A stretch of DNA of 64,000 nt from an uncultured virus (IMG/VR IMGVR_UViG_3300038679_000356). Lineage: Duplodnaviria; Heunggongvirae; Uroviricota; Caudoviricetes. Where the stretch lies: the IMG/VR virus record IMGVR_UViG_3300038679_000356. One strand, 5' to 3'. Positions 36,928-45,909 of this stretch are shown here, piece by piece. The notes under the pieces are model-generated. The model ran no database searches. It was not told the DNA's origin and saw only the letters and a program-made list of their open reading frames with translations. The position numbers and the translations under genes are program-made. Each line of letters begins with the position of its first letter. Position 1 is the stretch's first letter.

Positions 36928-39129
36928 ATGGCAGATCCAGTATTGGCAAACATTAGGGTAAGGCAAGGAACACATGCGGAATGGATAGCGGCAGATCCAA
37001 CGCTATTAGCTGGCGAAGTTGCATTCGTCACCGATGCGAAAAAGTTTAAGATCGGCGACGCGCTCAATCCTTATTCTGTGCTTGACTTTACATACACAGG
37101 TCCATACCTCACCGCAGATCGCCACGAAGCCATTGCATCTACCGTCAATGCAGGTGAACTTAACGCCCTACTAGCCTCAATTCCGAAGAACCTAAACGGT
37201 TACGATCTGCATATCGACATGGCGGACGGAGACTATGTTTTCGACGACTTCATCAGGCTGTTTGGGTTCCATGGCGGAAACGTCTACATCAATGGCAATC
37301 TCACCGAAACCGACGCTACGGAATTACACACCACCCAAGCTGTAACAGTGACTTGTACGGTAACGGCATCGCAGTCGTCCTGGCAGGGAGCCTTTGATGT
37401 TCGGGGAGGTTCAGCCCGCGTCATTGTTCAAGATATCAAGATCACGATTGCTGACGCCCTTGGCATATGTAATATATTTTCCGACGGTGCAGTATGCCAG
37501 GTAAAATACTGCTACCTCCTGGGGTCCGGAGTGACCGCAAATGCCAGTTATGGTTTCGTGGCGCTAGACGCTTCTGGACAAATGGACAAAACCTATCTGT
37601 CAAACATGCGGATTGGTGTTACAGCAGCGGGCTGTACGGTACGCTGCAACAACTGCTCCTCCACTGGAACGTTGCCATATTTCGGGATGCAAGGCACGGG
37701 TGGCGGCAACGTAATCACCACAGGATCTGAAGTTACAGGCTCATATCGGCAGATGTATGTTAGCTCCGGCGGTTGGGTTAATGCGGATAAATTGTACGCA
37801 AACAAAACCGTCAATATCCCGGCTGGCACAACGGCGGCAGAATTTACAAATATCGTTAACGACCAACCGAAAAATCTCAATGGTTACAATCTTACGTTCC
37901 AGTTCGCGGACGGTACATACACCTGGAGTTCCAGGATTACGGTATTCAATGGGTTTGTGGGTGGTCAGATCGTAATCGCTGGCAATTCCGCCGATGGTAC
38001 AGCCCTACATACCGTGCATTCCGTAAACATTACATGTTCCGATACCGCGACGACATCAGGGGTATTTAATTTTTACCAGTGTGCCTGTGCAATAACGATC
38101 CAGTACATGAAGATCACTGGTGCCGATAACGTTGCTGGTGGCTACTGCGTCTACGCAGACACGGTAAACAGGTTAACCGTGCAATACTGCTATCTGAATC
38201 ATGCAGCTACAACAGGATCAGGAAGTGCAGGTGTCCGGTTCAATAACTGTTTCGGATTTATCAATCTAACGTATTTTAGTGGCGCAAGTGCCGGTTGTTC
38301 TTCCACGAATGCATTAACTAGAATGGACAACTGTGCGTCCACGGGAACATTGCCGCTCATCGGTTTATCAGCTAGCGTTGCCGGTTTCATCGGAGTTAAC
38401 GGTACCTGGTGTGCTGGTTCCACACAGGATTTCGCGGAAAGTGGTGGTGGTGTAATTAACGGTGGCAGGCTTCTCGCTAACCTCACCGTTAATTTTGACA
38501 ACAGCATGACGGCTGCGCAGGTCAACACGATTATCGGATCGTTGCCGAAGAACCTGAACGGCAAGACGCTGACGCTGCAGTTCGCTGCCGGTACCTACAC
38601 CTTCAACGCCAATATCGCTGTTACGTACTTCTTCGGTGGTATCATCAATATCTATGGCGTTACCGCCGAGGGTACGACAGCATATACGACGCAGACTGTT
38701 ATTTGGAATTCTACCACGGCGTCTACGGTCCGAAATTTGTCCGTACAGTACAACGCTTGCCGTGTCTATATCCGCAACATCCGGTTCAACGTGCCGGATG
38801 TAGCCGATGCTCGTGGTGTTGAAATGAACGGCAATAACTATGCGTATGTTGAAGCTTGTTACGCCGCAGGCGCTGCAAAAACCAATGCGAATTATGGTTT
38901 CAGTTCATTTAATCAAATATCAACCGTCCTAAATACATACGTCTCAAACGTGCAATATGGCATTCTAGCGCAACGCGGCATCCTGTACTCCAACACGAAT
39001 CCAAGCACGGGTACGAATCCAAATTATGGACTACGTGCCTCAGAAGGTGCTCGCATTGCCAAAAATAGCACGCAACCAACCGGCACAACCGCCAACGAAA
39101 CGATTTCAACCTTCGGAGAGATCGGATGA
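36928..39129 (+). CDS. Tail spike: Mtd-type N-terminal domain + three PKNLNG beta-helix modules
   Basis: IRVRQGTHAEW.AADPTLLAGEVAFVTDAKKFKIGD; PKNLNG..L....A.G.Y three times. Confidence 0.8.
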   Translation: MADPVLANIRVRQGTHAEWIAADPTLLAGEVAFVTDAKKFKIGDALNPYSVLDFTYTGPYLTADRHEAIASTVNAGELNALLASIPKNLNGYDLHIDMADGDYVFDDFIRLFGFHGGNVYINGNLTETDATELHTTQAVTVTCTVTASQSSWQGAFDVRGGSARVIVQDIKITIADALGICNIFSDGAVCQVKYCYLLGSGVTANASYGFVALDASGQMDKTYLSNMRIGVTAAGCTVRCNNCSSTGTLPYFGMQGTGGGNVITTGSEVTGSYRQMYVSSGGWVNADKLYANKTVNIPAGTTAAEFTNIVNDQPKNLNGYNLTFQFADGTYTWSSRITVFNGFVGGQIVIAGNSADGTALHTVHSVNITCSDTATTSGVFNFYQCACAITIQYMKITGADNVAGGYCVYADTVNRLTVQYCYLNHAATTGSGSAGVRFNNCFGFINLTYFSGASAGCSSTNALTRMDNCASTGTLPLIGLSASVAGFIGVNGTWCAGSTQDFAESGGGVINGGRLLANLTVNFDNSMTAAQVNTIIGSLPKNLNGKTLTLQFAAGTYTFNANIAVTYFFGGIINIYGVTAEGTTAYTTQTVIWNSTTASTVRNLSVQYNACRVYIRNIRFNVPDVADARGVEMNGNNYAYVEACYAAGAAKTNANYGFSSFNQISTVLNTYVSNVQYGILAQRGILYSNTNPSTGTNPNYGLRASEGARIAKNSTQPTGTTANETISTFGEIG

Positions 39130-39164
39130 TCAGGCAATTTATGAGAATATTTACGATGGGGTAA

Positions 39165-41165
39165 TTGGTTATGGATAATTTATACCTACTTACTGACGAA
39201 GGTGATACCATAAGAGTAGCTGATGAATGCTATCAGCGTGGCTCCGTAGTTATGGCAATACCTGATACTCCTACGATTCAGGAGGCGTACAGTGAATGCG
39301 CTGAATGCTTGCAGGGATTGGTCGGCATCGAAACCGATGTCAATCAATTATCGGTCATGGAATCCAGCCAAGCGTTTTTCCAAGTAAGGCTCACTAGGAA
39401 GCCATACTATCCCGTCATGGTGCATGTTGAGAGAATCTCTGGAGATGTCGACCTGAATATAATCGGCGTAAGATATCTTCATTTCGATCAGGAAAATTAT
39501 GGTGAATACCAGACTGTCATCATCCAGGCAGAACTGGATTTGGACCCATCTCCTGGGCAAGCCGTCTTTCGTTGTTCTAGCGAAGGGCTACCTGGAGTCT
39601 ACGCAGATGTTACCGTGACTGAAGATGATATTGATATTCTCAATATTTCTGTTTCAGCCACTGCCGTATCAATTCCTGAAGGCGGTACTGCCACATTCCA
39701 GGTGAGGGTAACGGCAATGCCGCTCGAAGATCTTGTCGTTAGTGTTTTTCGGTATTCCGGCGATACCGACATCACGGTGCAATCCGGCAGCAGTTTGACT
39801 TTCACATCGGTAAATTGGAACGTATACCAGACCGTTACACTGGCCGCGGCGGAAGATCCAGATGCCGGTTCGGGAACCGCCATCATAAGATGTTCCTCAC
39901 CTGGAGTGACCGACAAAGATATCACGGCTACTGAAGTGGAAAACGACACCACGCTCACCGTGGCAGCCAATACCGGTGGTACGACCAATCCGAGCGGGGC
40001 GGTGGTTGTCACAAAGAATGTAGCCAGGGCAATAGCGGCAACAGCCAATACTAATTACTATTTCAAGCAATGGGCGGCAACAAGCGGATCGCCAGCCATT
40101 GCCAATGTTTACAACGCAAGCACAACCGCCACGATATCGGCTCCAGGTACGGTAACTGCCAATTTCGTCTCCAATTACTACGGAAACGGTTCTGACGGAG
40201 ACGCCACCATATCAGGTGCAAACACCGTACTGAACACATCAACAGATCTAACGGCGGATATCGCATCCGGCGCGACAACGATCACCGTTCGATCCACGAC
40301 CGGTTTCACTGCCGGAAAATCAATCATCATCCACCAGACCCAATCTTATCGTCCTTCTGACGCAGCCTCCGGAAGATGGGAAATCAGAACGATCAATACG
40401 ATTGTCAATTCCACATCGTTGACGGTTACGTCCGGAGTATCAAGGGCATATTATTCCGATAGCGATGGGAATAAGCAAAGAAGTACCAAGGCACAAATCA
40501 TACTTCTAAAACAATACAAAACTCTAACAATTTCTGGTTCAATTACATGTTCTGCCTTTGATGGCTACTCAAAAGGCATCGTGGCAATTTCCTGTTGGAA
40601 CCTGGCTGGAGCTGGAGCAATTCATGCCAATGCAAAAGGTTTTAGGGGAACGACAATGGGTGAAGGATGGAGAGGTATAGGTGATGGCACGGTAGTTAGT
40701 AATGGAATAAAAGGCGGAGGAGGCTTTGACCAAACCGGAGGCGGAAATAATCAAACCGGTGGCGGCGGCGGACACTTAAATAATGGAACTTTTGGCAGTG
40801 CGGCTAATACTTACGGAGGGACGGCTTACGGCATTACAGAGGCGAATGTATATACCCAACCTATGCCAGGTGGTGGTGGATCTGGATTAAATAACCCAGG
40901 ATACAGTGGTGGTGCCGGAGGTGGAATTATTCTTCTGATGGTAAATAATCCTGCAAGCTATACCGGTTCTCTCAGTTCTACGGGAGGCAATGGTGCTGGA
41001 GGGGATTACAATTGTGGTGGTGGAGGTGGTGCAGGTGGATCGATTGCTGTCTTTACACCATCATCTTTCTCCAGGACGATGACGGTGACTGGCGGGTTGA
41101 GATATGACGGCGGTCCAGCCGGAGCTGGTTCCGTTGGCAGAAAGCTTGTTAGAATCCAAGCTTAA
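39165..41165 (+). CDS. Cys-socket + 2 Calx-beta-like domains + InlB-B-like repeat + Gly-rich module
   Basis: GDTIRVADECY...CAEC; LTFTSVNWNVYQTVTLAAAED; GGTTNPSG..ATANTNYYFKQW; third copy of the YG.GSDGD module. Confidence 0.8.
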   Translation: MVMDNLYLLTDEGDTIRVADECYQRGSVVMAIPDTPTIQEAYSECAECLQGLVGIETDVNQLSVMESSQAFFQVRLTRKPYYPVMVHVERISGDVDLNIIGVRYLHFDQENYGEYQTVIIQAELDLDPSPGQAVFRCSSEGLPGVYADVTVTEDDIDILNISVSATAVSIPEGGTATFQVRVTAMPLEDLVVSVFRYSGDTDITVQSGSSLTFTSVNWNVYQTVTLAAAEDPDAGSGTAIIRCSSPGVTDKDITATEVENDTTLTVAANTGGTTNPSGAVVVTKNVARAIAATANTNYYFKQWAATSGSPAIANVYNASTTATISAPGTVTANFVSNYYGNGSDGDATISGANTVLNTSTDLTADIASGATTITVRSTTGFTAGKSIIIHQTQSYRPSDAASGRWEIRTINTIVNSTSLTVTSGVSRAYYSDSDGNKQRSTKAQIILLKQYKTLTISGSITCSAFDGYSKGIVAISCWNLAGAGAIHANAKGFRGTTMGEGWRGIGDGTVVSNGIKGGGGFDQTGGGNNQTGGGGGHLNNGTFGSAANTYGGTAYGITEANVYTQPMPGGGGSGLNNPGYSGGAGGGIILLMVNNPASYTGSLSSTGGNGAGGDYNCGGGGGAGGSIAVFTPSSFSRTMTVTGGLRYDGGPAGAGSVGRKLVRIQA

Positions 41166-41815
41166 ACTATCATAAATTGCGATATCATATTCAATGCAAT
41201 GGAGCATTCCTGAAAATATTTTGATAGGTTGTAAGCCATATGATCCCGAGATTCTATGCTCTTCCCCATCTTGATGCAGTTATCATGCATCCATACCGCG
41301 TCTTTCCTTGATTTCAGTCTTTCAGGTCGGCAGCCGCAAGTGAATAGTGATAGCTCTATGAGATGGGCATAAATCTCATCAACTGCATTTCCGGAAGTGT
41401 AATTCACTCCTTGTGGGCGATCGTATTTCCCTTGTGCATATTTCATCATGGAAATAACATACCCAACTGGGTGGGCAGCACTAGCTTTTTCATTTTCCTT
41501 CGAAAATACAATTGCAATTTGCGCTACCTTATCGGATATGATGCCAGAGCAGCCAAAAAATCGATCCATCGTCAACCTGGCCGCGCAATACGCCCGTATG
41601 CGTGGAGATACACCAGGATCTTCCAGAAGAGATGCCATCATACTTGAACTAAACATAGTATGCCTTGCCGACTCGTCTAAAAGACTGTCATGAACAAGCT
41701 TTGAATCAAAATGAATTTTTCGACTAATTACGTCAACATCGGCTGGTTCAAGATTCAATAGGCAGGAGTTGCTCGTAAATTTGATCATCGATAAAATCCT
41801 TTCTTGGATTGCCAC
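41162..41815 (-). CDS. Hypothetical protein
   Basis: 217-aa ORF converging on the plus-strand cluster. Confidence 0.55.
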   Translation of the reverse strand: MAIQERILSMIKFTSNSCLLNLEPADVDVISRKIHFDSKLVHDSLLDESARHTMFSSSMMASLLEDPGVSPRIRAYCAARLTMDRFFGCSGIISDKVAQIAIVFSKENEKASAAHPVGYVISMMKYAQGKYDRPQGVNYTSGNAVDEIYAHLIELSLFTCGCRPERLKSRKDAVWMHDNCIKMGKSIESRDHMAYNLSKYFQECSIALNMISQFMIV

Positions 41816-41852
41816 TCAATGGAAAGTACCAACAAGAAATTGAATTCCAAGC

Positions 41853-42113
41853 TCAAACAAACGAATCTCTTGTGACTCCACTATACAGTCCACAATCCGG
41901 ACAAGCTAATTTCTCAACAACCATATCTGATCCAGGAAACGGAATCTTTAAGTACGGCTTCATCTCAATTCGATATCCTTCCCAATGACAGTTCGGACAA
42001 ACATATATCATGTAGTCTTTTTCTTCTCTCCAAAACTCATCGAACTGCTCTTCTGTTTCTTTGAGAATCATAACCGCACCATATGTTTGGCATATGGTGC
42101 GATTGTACAACAA
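41853..42113 (-). CDS. Small zinc-ribbon protein
   Basis: CPNC...CPDC. Confidence 0.55.
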   Translation of the reverse strand: MLYNRTICQTYGAVMILKETEEQFDEFWREEKDYMIYVCPNCHWEGYRIEMKPYLKIPFPGSDMVVEKLACPDCGLYSGVTRDSFV

Positions 42114-42114
42114 A

Positions 42115-43524
42115 TCAACACTTCTTAATCCAACAGTGGCTCTTCATACTGATCGCGCCCACAAGGAACATAAGGATCAACAAGGTTGACCCAACGTTAC
42201 CTTGAGACATCATACAGCCACTGCTACTGGAAGACGAAGATGGCGGTGGACGGAGAGAGACCGGGATGTCGTGATTTTCCTTGAAGGTGATGTGAAAGGA
42301 TGCTGTAGTATAGGTGCGGAATTGGATGAAGACATTTTCCGAGTCATTATCGATGCTGATAATCTTATCCAAGTCTCCAGTTATCTGATCAAGCTCATAT
42401 TCCGTTGAGTGGTTTCCAATGATGGTGTAGATGATCCCTTGCTGGAACAATCCACTTGCTGGTCGAACTGTTCCGTTCGGTCCGCACGTGATGTTAACCC
42501 ATACCTCATCGTCTACCACTTCAACAGCGACTGATTTCTCATCCATTAGCGTTCCAGTAAGGGAATCAGACATGGATAAGTCGATATTCGCCGCGCCACC
42601 GGTTCCGTCAAAATCGTCGCCAGCAGAAACGTTTACTTCCTGGGGAATATCCCAATTATCCTTGGTAAACGTCAATGTTGGTTTGTCTAAACTGACTGTA
42701 CTGTCGCCAGACAAGGAAATGGAAACACTCATGTCCGCATATGGGATCTTGTCTATATTAACTGAAAAGGTAGCATTTCCATTTTCATCGACAACGATCT
42801 CATCGGTATCCAGAACGATATTGGGTTGATCAATAAGAACCTTGACGTTGGCTATTTTTTCGTTTTTGCAGGAATATACCGTATAGAGCTGAATTCTCCA
42901 TGCCATGGGCGTCGTGAACCCAGTTAAGTCAGAAGAAACTCGTTCATCGGCATCAACCTGCATATGGCAGAAATTTGCCTCATCAATCCAAAACTTAAAA
43001 TGCCTGACCACTCCGAAATTGAAACGTTCTGGCGGTGTGAGAAGTTGCTCAAAAACCGTTTCTGACAAAAGAGAATCATCTTTCCTGTAGGTGCCGTAAT
43101 TCAATAACTCAGAGTGCATGAAATCAACATATTGCGTTTCCGGCGTGCCATTCGCGGGCGGATTTGTAGGAGAGTAGGAAAATAGCCGCATTTCACCGGA
43201 ACCAGTCCCTTCCATGCCTTCCACTTCGTTTATGATCAAATCAAATTCGATGCCCCAACACCTTTCTGATTTGGTCATTATGGAAAGAAAACCCTGCGTG
43301 AGGGGAGGGAGATCTCCGTTGCCGACGAAACCGGGGATCATGATCAGCCACCCCTCACTGACAAGGTGTCCGCCAACAATAGTTTCTCCAATCTCCCATT
43401 TTTCCTCATCGAGGAATGATCCATCGAAGTTGTCGTAATTGATCCATACTCGTTCCTGCGCCCAAGCGGCACAAACCGCCATCATGATCGCCGTCAACAT
43501 GACGGACTTGACTACATTACGCAT
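42115..43524 (-). CDS. Exported surface protein with Calx-like domain and C-terminal SSSSGC-TM-basic sorting signal
   Basis: Signal peptide (AAWA|Q); LTFTKDNWDIPQEVNVSAGDD; PPPSSSSSSGC + hydrophobic helix + KSHCWIKKC. Confidence 0.8.
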   Translation of the reverse strand: MRNVVKSVMLTAIMMAVCAAWAQERVWINYDNFDGSFLDEEKWEIGETIVGGHLVSEGWLIMIPGFVGNGDLPPLTQGFLSIMTKSERCWGIEFDLIINEVEGMEGTGSGEMRLFSYSPTNPPANGTPETQYVDFMHSELLNYGTYRKDDSLLSETVFEQLLTPPERFNFGVVRHFKFWIDEANFCHMQVDADERVSSDLTGFTTPMAWRIQLYTVYSCKNEKIANVKVLIDQPNIVLDTDEIVVDENGNATFSVNIDKIPYADMSVSISLSGDSTVSLDKPTLTFTKDNWDIPQEVNVSAGDDFDGTGGAANIDLSMSDSLTGTLMDEKSVAVEVVDDEVWVNITCGPNGTVRPASGLFQQGIIYTIIGNHSTEYELDQITGDLDKIISIDNDSENVFIQFRTYTTASFHITFKENHDIPVSLRPPPSSSSSSSGCMMSQGNVGSTLLILMFLVGAISMKSHCWIKKC

Positions 43525-43560
43525 ACTGGACCTCCGTGTTTGTTGGTCTCGTTGCGCAAT

Positions 43561-43588
43561 ATTATATTCTGAAAATATTAAAAGTCAA
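43561..43588 (-). promoter_or_regulatory. Promoter TTGACT-N16-TATAAT
   Basis: Near-consensus, upstream of the GGAGG RBS of 42115..43524. Confidence 0.8.
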
Positions 43589-43593
43589 GTATG

Positions 43594-43818
43594 TTATACA
43601 ATAATTTTCCAATTTTTTGGAAATCCAAATATGTTTTTGCGTCGAAATCGTGAAATTTCCAGTCTTCTTTTTTGACGCCGCCGAGCCACGTTTTTAACAT
43701 CATTGATCATTGGAATCGATCCTGGTCCTAGATTTGGCGTTTTTCCCATGAACAAAACAAGAAAAGAGAGTATGATTATATCGCAGATTTTCCTGAACAA
43801 CTCTTTCGCGAACACCAT
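43594..43818 (-). CDS. Small membrane protein with basic tail
   Basis: Hydrophobic stretch followed by an Arg/Lys-rich segment; GGAG RBS. Confidence 0.45.
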   Translation of the reverse strand: MVFAKELFRKICDIIILSFLVLFMGKTPNLGPGSIPMINDVKNVARRRQKRRLEISRFRRKNIFGFPKNWKIIV

Positions 43819-44246
43819 ATCTCCACTCTCCTGCCTGACGCTTTTGCGGACAGAGCTTCAGTTAATTCCACTTCCATTCCATCAACGACATGTCGAACTA
43901 GTAGAATGCCGACTCTTGATAGCATAAAGACGACACGTTTTGCTATTGCTTTATTCTCACACGACTCAAGGAATGCACTCCATTCAATTTCTTTTCCGTC
44001 TGGAATTGCAGTTAGTATTTCCATGATCATTTTTTCAATATCGTTTCCAGCGGTTGAAGCCTCAATTAGATCATACCAATCTGCACTCAATGATGAAATA
44101 TTTGGTAATGGTCCTCGACGTTTACCACACGTTGGGCAAAGAGCAGACCAACCTTGTTCATCAAATGATAGAATAGCATTCCTCATACATAGACGACAAA
44201 ATATAGGATCTGGCAGGCTATTCATCACGCACCGACCATTGCACAA
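43776..44246 (-). CDS. Zinc-ribbon + winged-helix-like hypothetical protein
   Basis: CRLC...CPTC at the N-terminus. Confidence 0.5.
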   Translation of the reverse strand: MCNGRCVMNSLPDPIFCRLCMRNAILSFDEQGWSALCPTCGKRRGPLPNISSLSADWYDLIEASTAGNDIEKMIMEILTAIPDGKEIEWSAFLESCENKAIAKRVVFMLSRVGILLVRHVVDGMEVELTEALSAKASGRRVEIWCSRKSCSGKSAI

Positions 44247-45901
44247 ACTTCGATCTCATTTTTCTCCGCCTCAATTGGCATAGGCGGTAATTTTTTTTGC
44301 ACAAAGAGATCAACATAATGTTTTATGAATGGCGGTGGGTTTTGGTTACATACAGCTCTGCATTGTTTTACTGTCAATACTGGTTCAAATGAAGTTTGAG
44401 CTGTCAGGCTATACTCTTTTTCTTTATTTGAATTATCATTGACTTGTGGTGCGACTTCGATCGTCGCCATTTTTTTCCCGTCATCCACGCAAATCACACT
44501 AAATATTTGACACATTCCAGTCTTTACCATATCGGCATAGGAAGATACGCAATGATGCATGCTGCGCCCCTCTTCCGACAGTTCAGTAGAATTAGAAATA
44601 TATCTGATTTCATACGTTTTTTTGTCATGTATGAATAAATTGTTAGGGAGCCAGGGATCTGGGAACGTGAACGCCACGGGCGTTTTTGTTAAAAAACCAT
44701 CTAATCTTACATCCCACATGTCTTTTTGCCATTTATCTACAGCTTTCTTAATTGTATTAAGGGGGGCATTACGATCAAGACTATTGAACTCAACGTCGGC
44801 AACACACCAATCAATCAGATGCTCAATATAACTAATGACATTTAAATGCCCTGTAAGTTCAACAATTTTAACTGATTTTCTACCCGATAATTCACCGATA
44901 ATCTTAGTGATGAAAATCATTAGTTTTTTCTTTTTCTCTTCCGCAATCAACCGCCTTTTATCAGACAGTTTAATGAGAGCCAACATTTTGTTTACTTGCA
45001 CCTTCGCATTATCCCTACGTGACGGGAACAATATTTTGTCATCAATAAGAAGTAACGGGTTGCTTTTGACGTAATGGAACGCCGCCATTGGCTTCAACGT
45101 TAAAAATTCAACTGGCATAACACCCTGGCATATTTCGTTTACTTTCTTGCCAGTAATAACCATATCAATGCGATCTTGATACTTCTCTTCATTTTGCATT
45201 AGAATTAAAGCCAATGCTGGAGCAGTTTCAAACAATTGAGCCATCCTTTTGCCATACTTACACATCATAGCATAGCACTGGTAACGGAGAGAAATTGGAT
45301 ATCTCATGCAGATCTTTTTATAGTCCGGATCAAGCATCTTCATAATATCATACGACAAACAAGAAACAACTTTTTGAGTTTTTTTCTCATTCGATTTATG
45401 CATAATGGCTGCACATTGCTTAGGTGGAAAACGTTTACTTAATTTTTCCCGAGCATCTTTGTTTGGAGTATTATAACTATTGATAGATTTTACGAGACCT
45501 TTGAAAAATACTGACTGGAAAGATGATTTTGGATGGAAAATAATCATTGGATATGGAATATTGTGGGCGCAAAGGCTCTTACTGCAAATGCCTAGATATT
45601 TCCCATACAATTTTTGCTCCCCCTTAAAATATTTTACTGCATCAAGTCTAAATGGGATGAGTCTATATCTGTTGTTAGCTACACAAGAGGAGGAATCATT
45701 ATATCCATATTGCACATCAAATCCATCTTCCATGATCAAAGAGTGAGGTCCGCGATCATCACAGACAATGCAAAATCCATATTTCCACTTTCCCAACTCA
45801 ACTTCTTTAAGCTTGTCTATATCGACCTTCATGCACCTGTCGGAACGATACAAAAATTCAGCAGATGATGGACTCTCTTTCTTGGTAATCATACATTCCA
45901 C
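44225..45901 (-). CDS. PcfJ-like domain protein
   Basis: ELSEEGRSMHHCVSSY...IFSV...ATIEV...Q.RAVCN. Confidence 0.8.
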   Translation of the reverse strand: MECMITKKESPSSAEFLYRSDRCMKVDIDKLKEVELGKWKYGFCIVCDDRGPHSLIMEDGFDVQYGYNDSSSCVANNRYRLIPFRLDAVKYFKGEQKLYGKYLGICSKSLCAHNIPYPMIIFHPKSSFQSVFFKGLVKSINSYNTPNKDAREKLSKRFPPKQCAAIMHKSNEKKTQKVVSCLSYDIMKMLDPDYKKICMRYPISLRYQCYAMMCKYGKRMAQLFETAPALALILMQNEEKYQDRIDMVITGKKVNEICQGVMPVEFLTLKPMAAFHYVKSNPLLLIDDKILFPSRRDNAKVQVNKMLALIKLSDKRRLIAEEKKKKLMIFITKIIGELSGRKSVKIVELTGHLNVISYIEHLIDWCVADVEFNSLDRNAPLNTIKKAVDKWQKDMWDVRLDGFLTKTPVAFTFPDPWLPNNLFIHDKKTYEIRYISNSTELSEEGRSMHHCVSSYADMVKTGMCQIFSVICVDDGKKMATIEVAPQVNDNSNKEKEYSLTAQTSFEPVLTVKQCRAVCNQNPPPFIKHYVDLFVQKKLPPMPIEAEKNEIEVCAMVGA

Positions 45902-45909
45902 GCCTATAT

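Noticed and set aside
17478..39129. Diversity-generating retroelement suggested by the Mtd-like N-termini
   Set aside because: Only the N-terminal anchoring domain is Mtd-like. I saw no reverse transcriptase, no C-type-lectin variable region and no TR/VR pair with adenine-specific mismatches in this window.
32198..41165. Plus-strand adhesin block as an invertible host-range cassette
   Set aside because: No flanking inverted repeats or recombinase gene were seen by eye; it fits a divergent late operon.
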